This document shows, in pieces, positions 1 through 12,249 of a stretch of 64,000 nucleotides of DNA. The position numbers and the translations under genes are program-made. Under the pieces are notes generated by a model that searched no databases, was not told the origin of the DNA, and saw only the letters and a list, made by a program, of their open reading frames with translations. Origin of the DNA: Neoechinorhynchus agilis (lineage: Eukaryota > Animalia > Acanthocephala); assembly GCA_051530055.1 (NCBI GenBank), contig CM121342.1, forward strand, positions 7,510,691-7,574,690, in the 5' to 3' direction. Positions within the stretch are counted from its first letter, which is position 1. The number at the start of each line of letters is the position of its first letter.

Positions 1-290
1 CTGAGTCGAAATCATTATTTTGTTCGGTTTGGCGTCGAGACACTCGGGTCGTTTGGTACCGCGGCGCAAGACCAGGTCAATAGATTGTCCAAGAGATTGA
101 GACGAATCACTGGCGATCCGAGATCAGGAGCATTCCTCCTACAAAACATAAGTCTGACTTTGCAACACGGAGGGAACGCTTCATCCGTCCTTTCGACTGT
201 TACACCAGGACGACTCCGGAGTGATCAAGACCGATGTCTTCAATGTTTTTCACGGCAGTTTGACTAAAAGAAGTTCCTCTTATAATAAAT
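1..290 (+). mobile_element. 3' end of CRE-type non-LTR retrotransposon (restriction-like endonuclease C-terminus), truncated by the window edge
   Basis: Translation FGVETLGSFGTAAQDQVNRLSKRLRRITGDPRSGAFLLQNISLTLQHGGNASSVL matches the P.A.ET.G..G / TGD.R..FL.QRIS...QRGN tail of CRE-clade RLE elements (family knowledge). Confidence 0.75.
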
Positions 291-365
291 CCCATCACCT
301 TGACACAAAACTTCAATTCTGATCACCACAATATCGCCCATTAAGATTATTTCCTTTTTTAATAG

Positions 366-1360
366 ATGCGAACAAGATCCCAAACGGCAAAAAACTTAGC
401 TAAACTAGCTGAAAGCACCATTACAAGGACAAAAATGCTGATTGAAAGCGATGATAAAATCTGGACTGGTGCTCACGTGTCTAATTCTGGGGGCGATATA
501 TGTACAGTATTCACGAGAGCGCTTGAGATGGATTGCAGGAGTTTCGCCTTCTTTTTCGGGACGGGTAGAACTTGGAATACCAAGTTTCCAAATGACGATC
601 AATGTGCGAATTTTCGAACAAATCTCTATAAGGTTGGACCACAAGCGATTATTCCACATGGAAACTATTTGATAAACCTCGGATCAGCCGATAAATCGAT
701 ATTTGAGAAAAGTTACGAGTTATTTGAGCGAGAAGTGACTCGTGCTATCCTGCAATCGGCTTTATGGTAACAGGAGAGTACCTGAAAGCTTGCTGTGCAA
801 AACTTGGATTATCTCTCTACAATTTCCACCCTGGATCAACAGTTGGAATGTGCACTATTGACAAATCGATAAAACAAATCGCCGCATCGATAAACCGAGT
901 TCATCAAGCAGTTCCTCAAGTTTCTGTAGTCATTGAGAATTCGTCTGGGCGCGGAAACACAATTGGGGGAGATTTGGCACAAATCGGAGCGATTATTGAA
1001 AATGTACAAAACAAGGAAAGAGTTGGAGTCTGCATCGATACTTGCCATGCGTTTGGTTATGGTTTCGATTTAAGTACCAACGTAGGATTCGATAAGCTAA
1101 TCAAAGAGTTTCATTCAAATATAGGAATTCAATATCTTAAAGCATTTCACTTAAACGATTCAAAGGCACCTTGTGGGAGCTTTAAGGACAATCACGAATG
1201 TATTGGTTTGGGTCTAATTGGGAAAAAAGGATTCGAAAACATGATTAATTCCAAGTACCTTTTGGAAAAACCATTGATTCTTGAAACTCCAAATTTACCA
1301 ATTACTATCGATGAGCAAATACAAAACTTAAGGAAAATGATAAAAAACAAAATTGAATAA
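366..1360 (+). CDS. apn-1: AP endonuclease of the endonuclease IV / APN1 family (TIM barrel), two exons joined near 742-793
   Basis: Motifs GAHVS, PHGNYLINLGS, YNFHPGS, VIENSSG, GVCIDTCHAF, HLNDSK, KDNHECIG and PLILETP across ORFs 366-770 and 764-1360. Confidence 0.9.
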
Positions 1361-1690
1361 ATCGCGATTATGTGTCAAATCCGAGAAATTTTAGTCGTCA
1401 ATGATACAAAAAAACAAAAACAATGTGGAATTTTGTTGTAAATGGACATCTAGAAGAAATGATTTTCAGTCGGATACAAAAGCCAAAGGAAAATGATAGA
1501 AAAATAAAATTTAATAAATCGCGATTATGTGTCAAATCCGAGAAATTTTAGTCGTCAATGATACAAAAATTAAAAGGAAATCAAACAGCGTGACATTTTG
1601 TAAATAAACATCTAGAAAACCGATTTTCGGTCGGATACAAAAACTTAAGGAAAATGAAAGAGAAAGAAAATTTAAAAAATGGCGATTGTT
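1322..1690. repeat. ~160-bp degenerate direct repeat (2.5 copies) duplicating the APN1 stop codon and 3' flank
   Basis: aaggaaaatgat...aataaatcgcgattatgtgtcaaatccgagaaattttagtcgtcaatgatacaaaaa at ~1322-1412 and ~1477-1570, with a partial third copy at ~1638-1690. Confidence 0.85.
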
Positions 1691-2086
1691 AAAAATCCAA
1701 AAAAAAGTGTAATTCCAATCACAAAAATCAAAGATTGTTGTGAATGACTTTTTAGAAGAAAAAACTGATTCTATCAAATTGTAACACACTCGAGTTTTAT
1801 TGAACTGTTCATTGCGAATTTTTAAGGCCTCCGCCTCCTTTTCAGGCATTGTTTGTAAGTTTATTTCTCTCACGCTTTCACAGTTGGAAAAACTTGCAAG
1901 CAATTGGAAAAATCAAAGCGAAACCGCGCGAGCTTTTTGAATGAACGCAATACTAAATTCTTTCTTGTTAATAGCGCTAGTACAAAACTTGCGAGCAGGA
2001 AGAATTGTTCGACTGAAAAAATCCCGTCCTCATATGGGGATTAGCAAGGCGATTATCTCTCTCACACACACGAACGAGTTTGAGCG

Positions 2087-3725
2087 ATGCGTTCGGGTGG
2101 TGATCATATGAATGGTCGCTTGAGTGGTCCATTTTTCATTTCTGACAAATGTCCATCATCGGTCAATCCGATTCGAAGTTCGGATGTTCGTGATCATCAA
2201 TTGGTTCCATCAGCTGGTGCATTTCCTTTAATGAAACGATTAGAGATTCAAGTTCCTCCGGATCCTCCTGAACCGTATCCAGCATCAGCGTTTGTAATCT
2301 ACGCTCAGCACGTGCGTCCTTCATTACCAGGCCAATTGTCTCAATTCAGCACTGAACAGTTGATGGACGTTCTCGGTAAACAATGGAAATGTTTGAGTGA
2401 ACGTGATCGGTTGATGTTTGAGAACGAATACGAACGAAGGAAGCGTAAATACGAATGTGCGATAAGCGATTACTATCAAACTCCAGCGTTCGTAGAGTAC
2501 GCTAAACGTCAGAATTTAAGTGAAGAAAAAGGGTCAGTTCTGAGGCCTCCAAGTACACCCGTACCTGAATCAGTCGTCTGTGCTCAATTGTACGCTCAAA
2601 GGAACCATCTAATGGCTTCTATGATGGATTCCACCATTCATCAGGAATGTAGTGCTCGAGAAGAGATGAGTACACTTAAGGAGCGCTATGAACGGTATAA
2701 GGCTCTGAACGCGATGATTGAGTCTGAGATTGCGAATGCGACTGTGACGTTCAAAGAACGAACAAATGGGATTCAGAGGAAAAGCGAATGGTTCCTTGAT
2801 GAACTAAAACGGAGAAATGATCAACAACAACAACAAGAGGAAAACCGACAACCACTCGATGAAATAATGAAAGTCAGAGACGCCAAAAACAGTACCATTG
2901 AAACTCTTAATGATGATATTTGGACTAGTCCACCACCACCGCCACCACCGCAGCCGCCGTTGCATAATAGCACACCAACAGCGCCTTTGCCTCCTCCACA
3001 GCAGCAGCAGCAGCAGCAGCAACGACCTTATTACTATCAGCAACAACGGATGACACCGCAGACGTGGTTTTCGATGAATCAACAACAACAAAGTACAGGA
3101 TATAGCCAATACAATTCACCGAGACAACAACCAACGACTCCTTATCAACAATACCCACCGCCGAACCCCTTTGTCGTAAAAATCGAATCTTAACGGGACA
3201 ATGTTCGAAGATTCGATTGTCCTAAGAGCTCAATGCAACCAAGGCCATCAGTCTCCAAGACTACTTATTATGCCAAACTCTATGACCGGAATGTACCAAC
3301 AAACACAAAGTGCCACTCCTCCACCCGGTCAACAACCTCATCCCTATCATTCCATCGCTGTCCAAGAACAACTTTATCGCCAATCGCCGTCAGCTTATAG
3401 CCACAACTCGTCAGTGTCCCCTTATCCACCACAACAACAACAACAAATAGATTTTCAGCATATGATGCAATATCAACAAGCACCACCGCAACAACAACAG
3501 GTCGAAATGTATCAACAACAACCGCAGAATCCGTATAGGCATCTACCGCCGCCGCCGCCGCCGCAACAGCAATATCCAACTCCTAGAATGATGATGATGA
3601 TGAACGTTCCATCGGTCATTCACCAACAAGCACCAGTTCGTGAGATGCAGAATTTCGTGGAGACCGTTGGAGTGAGTTCTAGAAGGCCAAATAGTGGAAT
3701 GCCTTACGAAGGCGGTCCACAATAG
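2087..3725 (+). CDS. HMG-box protein (HMG20/BAF57-like HMG box plus coiled coil) with a long Gln/Pro-rich C-terminus; junction near 3173-3226
   Basis: PEPYPASAFVIY...LGKQWKCLSERDRLMFENEYERRKRKYECAISDYYQT is an HMG box, followed by a coiled coil. The polyQ/polyP composition continues in ORF 3201-3725. Confidence 0.75.
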
Positions 3726-4104
3726 CGATCAATTTAAGCGAGAATGTATAGAAAAATCGCGAGTGAAATTGTCCTTGATTTTCTCAGATGTGCACAGAGT
3801 GTGAGAGTGAGAAATATATATGTTTCGAAGATTGAACGGTATTAGCATACGGGGAAAAAAAGAAGATGTAGAAGGCAAAATTAAGGAATCAGTACACCGC
3901 TTGTGCGTCGAGTGTTGTGCGACGAATGCAACCAAACGAATGAGTTGGAAGAGGAGAATCGCTGTGTCGAGACGCGATAAAGATTCCAGCATACACCCAC
4001 ACATACACCATTTACTCAAATTATTTTAATTACCAAGTCTTCGGATTATGGATCGGTAAGAAAAATTCAATGGTTCTTCTCGTGTACAAAAAGTTCCGAT
4101 GGAT

Positions 4105-5092
4105 TAAATTGAATAATGGACGTTTCCTAAGGTCCTGAGCTTTTGAGGACTCAAAACAAGGGAGATTTTCAACGATAAATTGAACGTTTTTAACATTGTG
4201 ACGGGCGTTTTCTGAAAAGTGATTTAGTTTTAACGAGCTTTTGAGGACTGAAAACAAGGGAGATTTTCAGCGATAAATTGAACGTTTTAAACATTGTGAC
4301 GGGCGTTTTAAAAGTGATTTAGTTTTAACTTTAAAGGATGTTTTCTAAGGTCCTGAGTTTTTGAGGACTGAAAATAAGGGAGATTTTCAACGATAAATTG
4401 AACGTTTTTAACATTGTGACGGGCGTTTTAAAGTGATTTAGTTTTAACGAGTTTTGAGGACTGAAAAAAGGAGATTTTCAGCGATAAATTGAACGTTTTT
4501 AACATTGTGACGGCGTTTTCGAGTGTTTAGTTTTAACGAGTTTTGAGGACTGAAAAAGAGATTTTCACGATAAATTGAACGTTTTTAACATTGTGACGGC
4601 GTTTTAAAGTGTTTAGTTTTAACGAGTTTTGAGGACTGAAAATAAGGAGATTTTCACGATAAATTACGTTTTAAATTGTGACGCGTTTTAAAGTTTTGTT
4701 TTGGTTTTGGGTGAAAAAAGGAGATTTTCAACGATAAATTGAACGTTTTTAAATTGTGACGGACGTTTTCTGAAAAGTGATTTAGTTTTAACTTTAAAAA
4801 AGTTTTCCTAAAGTCCTGAGCTTTTGAGGACTGAAAATAAGGAAGATTTTCAACGATAAATTGAGCGTTTTTAACATTGTGACGGGCGTTTTCTGAAAAG
4901 TGATTTAGTTTTAACGAGCTTTTGAGGACTGAAAACAAGAGAGATTTTTAGCGATAAATTGAACGTTTTTAACATTGTGACGGACGTTTTCTGAAAAGTG
5001 ATTTAGTTTCAACTTTAAAGGATGTTTTCTGAGGTCCTGAGCTTTTGAGGACTGAAAACAAAGGAGATTTTCAACGATAAATTAAACGTTTC
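4105..5092. repeat. Tandem satellite, ~98-bp monomer with ~122-bp variants, about 9-10 units
   Basis: Recurring gacgggcgttttctgaaaagtgatttagttttaacgagcttttgaggactgaaaacaagggagattttcaacgataaattgaacgtttttaacattgt. Anchors at ~4200, 4298, 4419, 4509, 4597, 4679, 4758, 4881 and 4979. Confidence 0.95.
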
Positions 5093-6340
5093 ATAAAGAC
5101 ACCAACTGATTTAAGGTCCTAACTATTGCTTCGGCGACCATAACCAATAAAGGCAATCTTGTGAATCCAAACTTTTCTATAAGAATAAGTAAACGAATTA
5201 TACTGAGATTTTCAGAATCGTAATGTCTTTGGGTTAATTAACGTTTTTCGCACAAGATTTTTACGAAAATTCATCAGTCGCTGGTCAGTTGACTTAATAA
5301 AGAATTCGTCGAAAGGAACTGGTTTTAGACTGAAGAAACAAAGATTGATTTTAAGCATACTCCTTTTTAACTAAGACTTCAAGTACGCGAGGTTGTCCTA
5401 ATTCCTTTAGAAAGTTAACTGGCGCTATTTGCGAAGAGATTACCTGTCCTAAAAGAACATTTCACTGGCTAAATTTGTTTTGTTTGCTGTAACCTATGAA
5501 TAAAATATGCTAAAAGATTTACTTGCCTTTTTTTCTTCAGCTTTCTTCTAATTTAGTTTTGAATCATCGATAACTAAAAATCCAACGCCAATATAGAAAT
5601 TATCGAGAAAATAACCGTTTGAAAAATATTTTAGATTTTTTGAAAAGAAATGAATTTAGTCTTAAGTTTTTTCCATCGTCATTTATAGCAAAAGGAAAAG
5701 CGAAATATCTTTAACCTCCATTGCCGCGAGGATCCTGCATTTCTTTAAAAAATAGATTTGTTTTTCGATTGCTGACCAATCCAGGAGTCGATTGATCCGA
5801 AATCCATCGTCAATAATTCACATTGATTTCAATTTTTTTAAGTTACTTTTTTTAATCAGTATTTCATAGAACACTTTAATTTTTTATAAGTTCCAATGCT
5901 ATAACAGGAGAATCTTTTTTTTCCATTGTCTCTAGGGTGTATCCGGCATTCCCTTTCTTAATCGTACGCGACCAAACAAATTAAATTTTTTGCTGTTCTT
6001 GGTCCCACTGCACTAATTGTTTTTTTAATGATGCGAGGTTTTTAAAATGTATAGCGAGATGGATTGTGGCTTTTGTATTTATCCATTTTCTCGTCTCTTC
6101 CCCCTGAAACTCCAAAAGGGACGAGTTGCTCTTAACAGTTCGTATCCTAGCAATTGGAATCCAAAATTTGATCATAATGGCTTATTTATAGTTTAGAAAA
6201 AAGAATTAACAAAAAAAACGATAGTTTACCTATTTTCCATACAAAATTGATTACTTTTCATATGAAATTATTTTTGTTTATTATTGTAGTCATGGTATCT
6301 ACAATACTTTTATCTAAAGAATAAAATTGTTACCTTCAAA

Positions 6341-6652
6341 ATGGATCGCGACCGTTTATATAGGTTGATTAACGACGTTGTTACTGAAACGATCACTCAA
6401 TTTAGAAATTCAGAAGATCTAGAAATAGTTAATCTTCGGAATCAAATTCGCAATGCGCTTGTAGGAACCTTTACGGACGCTGGATTGAATAGATGCAAAT
6501 TTGCTGTTCATATTTTAAGTAGTGATAGCAACGAGCCCCATACAGGCTTTATGTTAAATGGAAACAAGGAAAAATCTATTTTACTTGCCAAATCTATAAA
6601 ATTGGAAAATAATACGACTTACTCTGTGATCATTGCTGTTCGTCAAGTTTAA
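6341..6652 (+). CDS. Small protein, possibly a divergent Tctex-1 dynein light chain family member
   Basis: 103-aa ATG ORF of typical size. The segment IRNAL...NRCKFAVHI...SVIIAV resembles the Tctex-1 RYK.VV.V pattern; resemblance only. Confidence 0.4.
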   Translation: MDRDRLYRLINDVVTETITQFRNSEDLEIVNLRNQIRNALVGTFTDAGLNRCKFAVHILSSDSNEPHTGFMLNGNKEKSILLAKSIKLENNTTYSVIIAVRQV

Positions 6653-7382
6653 TTCAAATAACTAGAGTTTTTTTTCAAATGGATAAAACAACAATCTTGC
6701 CGCCTTTTCAGTAGTCAAGGTATCGATCAATATTATTAAGAATCATTATATTTAATCATTACACGTAAACATGAACGTTAGAAGTCCTTATCTGTAATTT
6801 TTTAAATTTAATTTGACAAATCGACAAATAAAAAAATTTTAAATGGGTTTTTGTAGCGATTTCCAACAATTTCGAAACAAAAATTTGCTATTTAGAAGAT
6901 GTCTGGAAAACAAAATCTCTCGCAAAAGTCGAAAGGATGCCCACGAAGGTCAAGGGAATTCCCAAAGCAGCAAGATCAATGCAAAAAATTTGATAAATTG
7001 CGTAATAGACGGTTCTAATAACGTCTCGTGAAATGTAAACACACTACAAAATGAACAATGGGCTATAAGGAGCCTTAAAAACTACCACAAATATACACTT
7101 TTCGATAAGCAAAAACTGCACCATTGTGAACTTTTTGTATGATTTTGTAATTTACAATGAAAACGCCAAATAACATTTAGAATGTTGGATGCAAGTAATT
7201 TTTCGTTCGAATTATGAACACTGTGGTAGCTCAACAAATTACATGGAAATTTAACTGGATTTTAAATGAAACATTACACAAAAACTTAATTTAGTTGATT
7301 TTTAAAGACTGCCATTATCCGTTCAGCACAAATTTAAGAAGTTCTACTTAAGCAATCTAGAATATTCGATGGGTTTATCACC

Positions 7383-7877
7383 TTAACCAACCATTAGGGT
7401 CCAAATGGCGTTCTTAAATTCGTCCAGTTCAAGTTGTCCTGACTTATTAGTATCAAAATTGTCGAAGCACTGACGTATATCATCATCCTCTTTATCAATA
7501 CCCATCTCCTTTAGTCCATTTTTGACCTCTTCGTAGTTCAAGCGGCCACTTTTGTCCGTATCAAGATCTCGGAACACCTGAATGATTTTTGCTTCGTTCA
7601 TTTTTTCCAATTGAGCTTTTACAACATTCGTCACTCTACAGAATTCATTAAAATCAATGAGTCCGTTATGATTTCGATCGGTGGCGTCGAACACGCGTTT
7701 CACATTTTCTTCACTTACGATCATTCCCATGTTACTGAGACCAGTGAGCAATTCCTTCATTTCAATAGTGCCACTTTTGTTCAAATCCAGGCGATCGAAA
7801 TTCGAGCGAAGTAGATCCACGGAACATTTACCCTTCTGAGTTGGGCTCATAACGTCTTCGCATTGTTTCGCTGTCAT
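7383..7877 (-). CDS. Calmodulin-like protein with four EF-hands (copy A)
   Basis: EF loops DLNKSGTIEMKE, DRNHNGLIDFNE, DTDKSGRLNYEE and DTNKSGQLELDE; likely ATG at 7877. Confidence 0.9.
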   Translation of the reverse strand: MTAKQCEDVMSPTQKGKCSVDLLRSNFDRLDLNKSGTIEMKELLTGLSNMGMIVSEENVKRVFDATDRNHNGLIDFNEFCRVTNVVKAQLEKMNEAKIIQVFRDLDTDKSGRLNYEEVKNGLKEMGIDKEDDDIRQCFDNFDTNKSGQLELDEFKNAIWTLMVG

Positions 7878-8249
7878 TTTGAAAGTGGTGATAAAAAGAC
7901 ACGTCTTTTTGTAGAGATTATATATACCTATGAGTGCTTTGGGTTGGTTTATATTTGTTGGGATGTTGGTTTGCTTTTGTTGCTTTGCTAAGAATAACAA
8001 TGGCCGATGAAATATTAAAGTTTAATTCGATCGATTGCTCATTAAAATAGAGAATACATTAAAAAACGTTATTCGAGTTCTCAAAGACCGTTATTAACAT
8101 GATAAAATCTTTGGGTTTCATTGACTTCGACTTTTTCTGTTTTTTGATCTTGAAAAAGCGACTTTCTCAGCTCTTTTTCTATTTGATGATAAAACAATAG
8201 GAACGATAAAAGGAATGCACTTGTTAACTTTCTCTTGTCTTTTTCAGAA

Positions 8250-8726
8250 ATGGATACAATGGTTCCTACTCATGAAGGCAAATGTTCCGTGGATCTACTC
8301 CGCTCGAATTTCGATCGCCTGGATTTGAACAAAAGCGACTCAATTGAAATGAAGGAATTGCTCACTGGTCTCAGTAACATGGGAATGATCGTAAGTGAAG
8401 AAAATGTGAAACGCGTGTTCGACGCCACCGATCGAAATCATAACGGACTCATTGATTTTAATGAATTCTGTAGAGTCACGAATGTTGTAAAAGCTCAATT
8501 GGAAAAAATGAACGAAGCAAAAATCATTCAGGTGTTCCGAGATCTTGATACGGACAAAAGTGGCCGCTTGAACTACGAAGAGGTCAAAAATGGACTAAAG
8601 GAGATGGGTATTGATAAAGAGGATGATGATATACGTCAGTGCTTCGACAATTTTGATACTAATAAGTCAGGACAACTTGAACTGGACGAATTTAAGAACG
8701 CCATTTGGACCCTAATGGTTGGTTGA
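8250..8726 (+). CDS. Calmodulin-like protein with four EF-hands (copy B, inverted paralog)
   Basis: Nearly identical to copy A over ~450 bp. ATG at 8250 follows a ttttcag acceptor-like tract, so an upstream exon is possible. Confidence 0.9.
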   Translation: MDTMVPTHEGKCSVDLLRSNFDRLDLNKSDSIEMKELLTGLSNMGMIVSEENVKRVFDATDRNHNGLIDFNEFCRVTNVVKAQLEKMNEAKIIQVFRDLDTDKSGRLNYEEVKNGLKEMGIDKEDDDIRQCFDNFDTNKSGQLELDEFKNAIWTLMVG

Positions 8727-9529
8727 TTTTTTTTAAATTATATTTTGATCAGTAAAAAAGTATTTTGATGCGAGATTTCACCCATTTCCATTAGTGGAAC
8801 TAAATTCCTTAATTTAATACAGATTTTTTAAAGTGCATCTGAGATCTTAAATGTATAAGTCCAAATCTTTCATAAAACTCCATTTTCTTCTAATGGATAT
8901 ATAAATTTCAGGATATTTGTACGTTCGAACTTTAACGTCGTCGAAGGAAGATTAAAACTTACTTTAAGTTTATTCTAAATAAACGTACATTTCATGGAAA
9001 ATACAATATCTTTCTAACATAAGAACACGGTTCCTTCTCGTTAACTTGTGGGTTTTTCTAGTTAAAGTTTATTATTCAACGAGAAAATCATACATGGATT
9101 TGAATTTTAACATGTTAACTAAGCGAACCATTTAACCGAGAATAAAATGAAATATACTCACCATTCCAGCGATATGTTGAAACCGGATCAGAATTTTAAT
9201 TCAGTTTTCATGGTCAAACTCGGTTCCATATCTATATGATCGTTGCTTACTCTAAGAAGAAGAAACGTTCAGTCTGCTCAAAAGCAGTATCTCGTAAAAT
9301 CTCGGGCACGTGGCTTGCGATGAATAAACAGTTCGAAACATTCGCTCCTTTGATGGGTTAGCATTAACTTTAAAGTTACCATTTAACTTCTTCGTTTTAA
9401 ACGATATTGTCAGGTAAAATCGAATATGGGAGTACATAACCGCTTCCTACGCTCAATTGGGCTGTTTGAAGATGGTGGTTCTTTACATTACGGCACCATA
9501 AGATCATTAAATTGCCTAAAGCCGCCTAA

Positions 9530-9610
9530 AAAATAAGCCGGACAAGAAAGGGATAGACAAAAATTTAATGGTGATAACAATACCGGCTTGCCAGTAAAAC
9601 TTAAAATGGC
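9530..9610. repeat. Short dispersed repeat (second copy at ~30130-30215)
   Basis: aaataagccggacaagaa...aaaatttaatg.tgata...accggc.tgccagtaaaa occurs at both loci. Confidence 0.7.
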
Positions 9611-12249
9611 ACCATAAAACCTTCTAAAACATCAATCTCTGCCTTGCTAGAAAAGTGCCCGAAAAACTAATATATCAATAATTTCTATAAATGAGCGTAA
9701 TTTTTGTACTGAGACATAATTTTTTTGGATTCTCCTTTTTAATATTAATTTATATTCAACATTTTAGCTAAAAAGGAATTTCCAACACTTTGTACTGAGA
9801 CATATTTCGTAGACTTGCAATTGTTTGAAGGAAATCGCCAGAATTTGTTCGATTTGTCCACTGTTTTTTCACAGTTTTAAATTAAGGTCATGATGTCCGT
9901 TTAGGTATGTTCGGTTAGGATTTTTAATTATATTTATGCATATTAGCGAGAATCGATCGCTTGTCGTATGACTAAAAATGAATGCATAAATATTTTGCAA
10001 ATAACTAAAACATTTTTGATTAAGATAAACTAGGATGGGAGATTTGTTTATTTGTTTAAAAGCAAGTAAACGGTACATATTTCGACACCCTGCAATGAGT
10101 GAAAAGCCATTATCGAATAATTTGGGAATCAAACTTTTTGCCGTTGGAGTAAAAATGGACGTTTCATCGTTGTACTCTTCTCAGATAAGCGGATTGGCAT
10201 CTATTATTGTGCTCAATGCAATGTGTTCGCTACCGAGAGAAATAGGAGCCGTAAACTATGATAGGTACAAAATTAGCAATATCTCAAACAATCACTTCAT
10301 CGTCTCAGTCATCGTAAGTTAAAAGTCGCAATTGTTAATCTAATACATCCTTTTCTGTCGATTTAGTTGGCAACTTTAAGCCGTCATTATTTTATATTTG
10401 AGTGTAAAATAAGTAAAAAAACGGGGGCAATTTAAAACGAGGACCTTTGGAGTTAATAGAACATTACATTCACCCTAATGAAGACATGGAATCATTACCT
10501 GCAAGGTTCAAAAAGTCGTCATGGGAAATTAATGGGCACCCGGAAATCCCTAAACCTTCCAACTTACCACAATAAGCACTCTTCGATATTCACTATTGTA
10601 CTCACAATTTAGAATTATAACTTTTATACCACAATTAAACTATGAACTATTTATGGAGATTTCTATGTTTGCAGGTTAAAGCACTTTGTGTATTTAGAAA
10701 ACTAATGGGACTTTTGGATCATTTTATTCAGCATGCATTTAGAATTCGATTAAAACAACGAACCTTAAAAGAAGAGAATACTTAAACATGTAGTCGTGTG
10801 AAAAATCGACATTGCTTCCTTTTTTGTTATTTTTAAACGTGTTTAAGCTTTCAATATTAAATGGGGGGGTGAAGAGCCTAAACTTTGTGTTAAATTACAG
10901 AATAAACTGCATACAATTTGTGGTATTATACACTAGAGTTCCGATTTAGTTTTTCAAACTTTGAAATTAATCTTGATAATAAAGGAGCATTCGTTTATTT
11001 TGTAATCTATTTCCCTAAAATCTATGCTCAAAATTAATAAAGAACACGTTTTCCTATGCAAATTCTAACCATTGTTTTTTCGGGGAAATGATACTTTCTT
11101 TTGGTAGTTTCACCACAGTTCACTAATCTATATTTCCCTAATATTTCACCTCTCGGATAATTCCGACATTTTCTCTCGATTTGTCTTTGCTTGTAACTTT
11201 TTAAATATGTGAGTTCGTGTAAATTTAAATACTTATAAGCGATGACAAGCCTTGAGAAAATGTCAGAATTATCTGAGAGATGAAACATATCAAGGAAATA
11301 TAGATTAGTGAACTTAAATCCCTTGTTATTTTGATCTAATTCCTTTCATCCTCCCTCTACCTCCGCTCTTTTTTCATCTTCTCTCAGATATCGAGAGACC
11401 CGTTTGGAACTTAAGGAAGGACCTAACCTCACAAACTCCTACAAACAAAAACTCCCCATACCCTTAAAGGACCTCGCCCGACCTCACCAAATTTGCATTC
11501 CATAGTTTCAAATCCAATATTGTTTATCGCTCAAATAACGATTGCTTGCTGGCCAATCACCACGAACATTGGAAACAAAGATGCTAAGATGGATGAGCGG
11601 CATCACATTGTCCGATCGTGTCAATCAAACAACGACGACATTCGAAATTGCTTCGGTGTATTGCCAATGAAAGACAAAAATGCGTGAGGTCCGATTGAGA
11701 TGGTATAGTCATTCGCTAGAAAAGATTTACTATCGAAGTTGACGGAAGATGCCTAAGAAGGAGACCAAAGCAACGCTGGCTAGAGAACCTACTACACGTG
11801 GTGGACCTTAGAGAATTGAAGCTGCACTCAGACCAGGTTCTCGATCGGGACAAGTAGAAGCAAAAGTCCTAAAAATAGCCGACCCCGCCTATAAACGGGA
11901 AAAAGCTAAGAAAAAGAAGAAAGCTCAAATAACGATTACTCTATCTTCATCAAAAATCAATACTGCCAAGAGGAATCAAAGATACTTGGGTATCTAAAAA
12001 ATAAAAGTGTTATTATTATAAAGAGTTTACTAAAAAGGTTTGTAGTCTACGAAAAAAAGAGAGATGAAATGAAAAACTCTGCTTTCAAAGGTGTAATCTC
12101 ATTGGTCATTCATGCCTGGTTTTTTTAATAAGAAGGCTATCGACTACAATTTTTCCCCAAATTTCCGACTGATTTCTTTAAAAATCCTAATTTCTACTTT
12201 CAACATCCCAAAGATCGAGTTTTTATTCGTAAGACAAATTTAGTACATA

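Noticed and set aside
2804-3579. Antisense ORFs with poly-Leu/Ala/Val runs
   Set aside because: They are shadows of the CAA/CAG/CCA repeats in the HMG-box gene.
4030-4938. ORFs 4030-4257 and 4654-4938; spacer-repeat (CRISPR-like) reading of the array
   Set aside because: These are translations of satellite monomers; there are no unique spacers and the context is eukaryotic.
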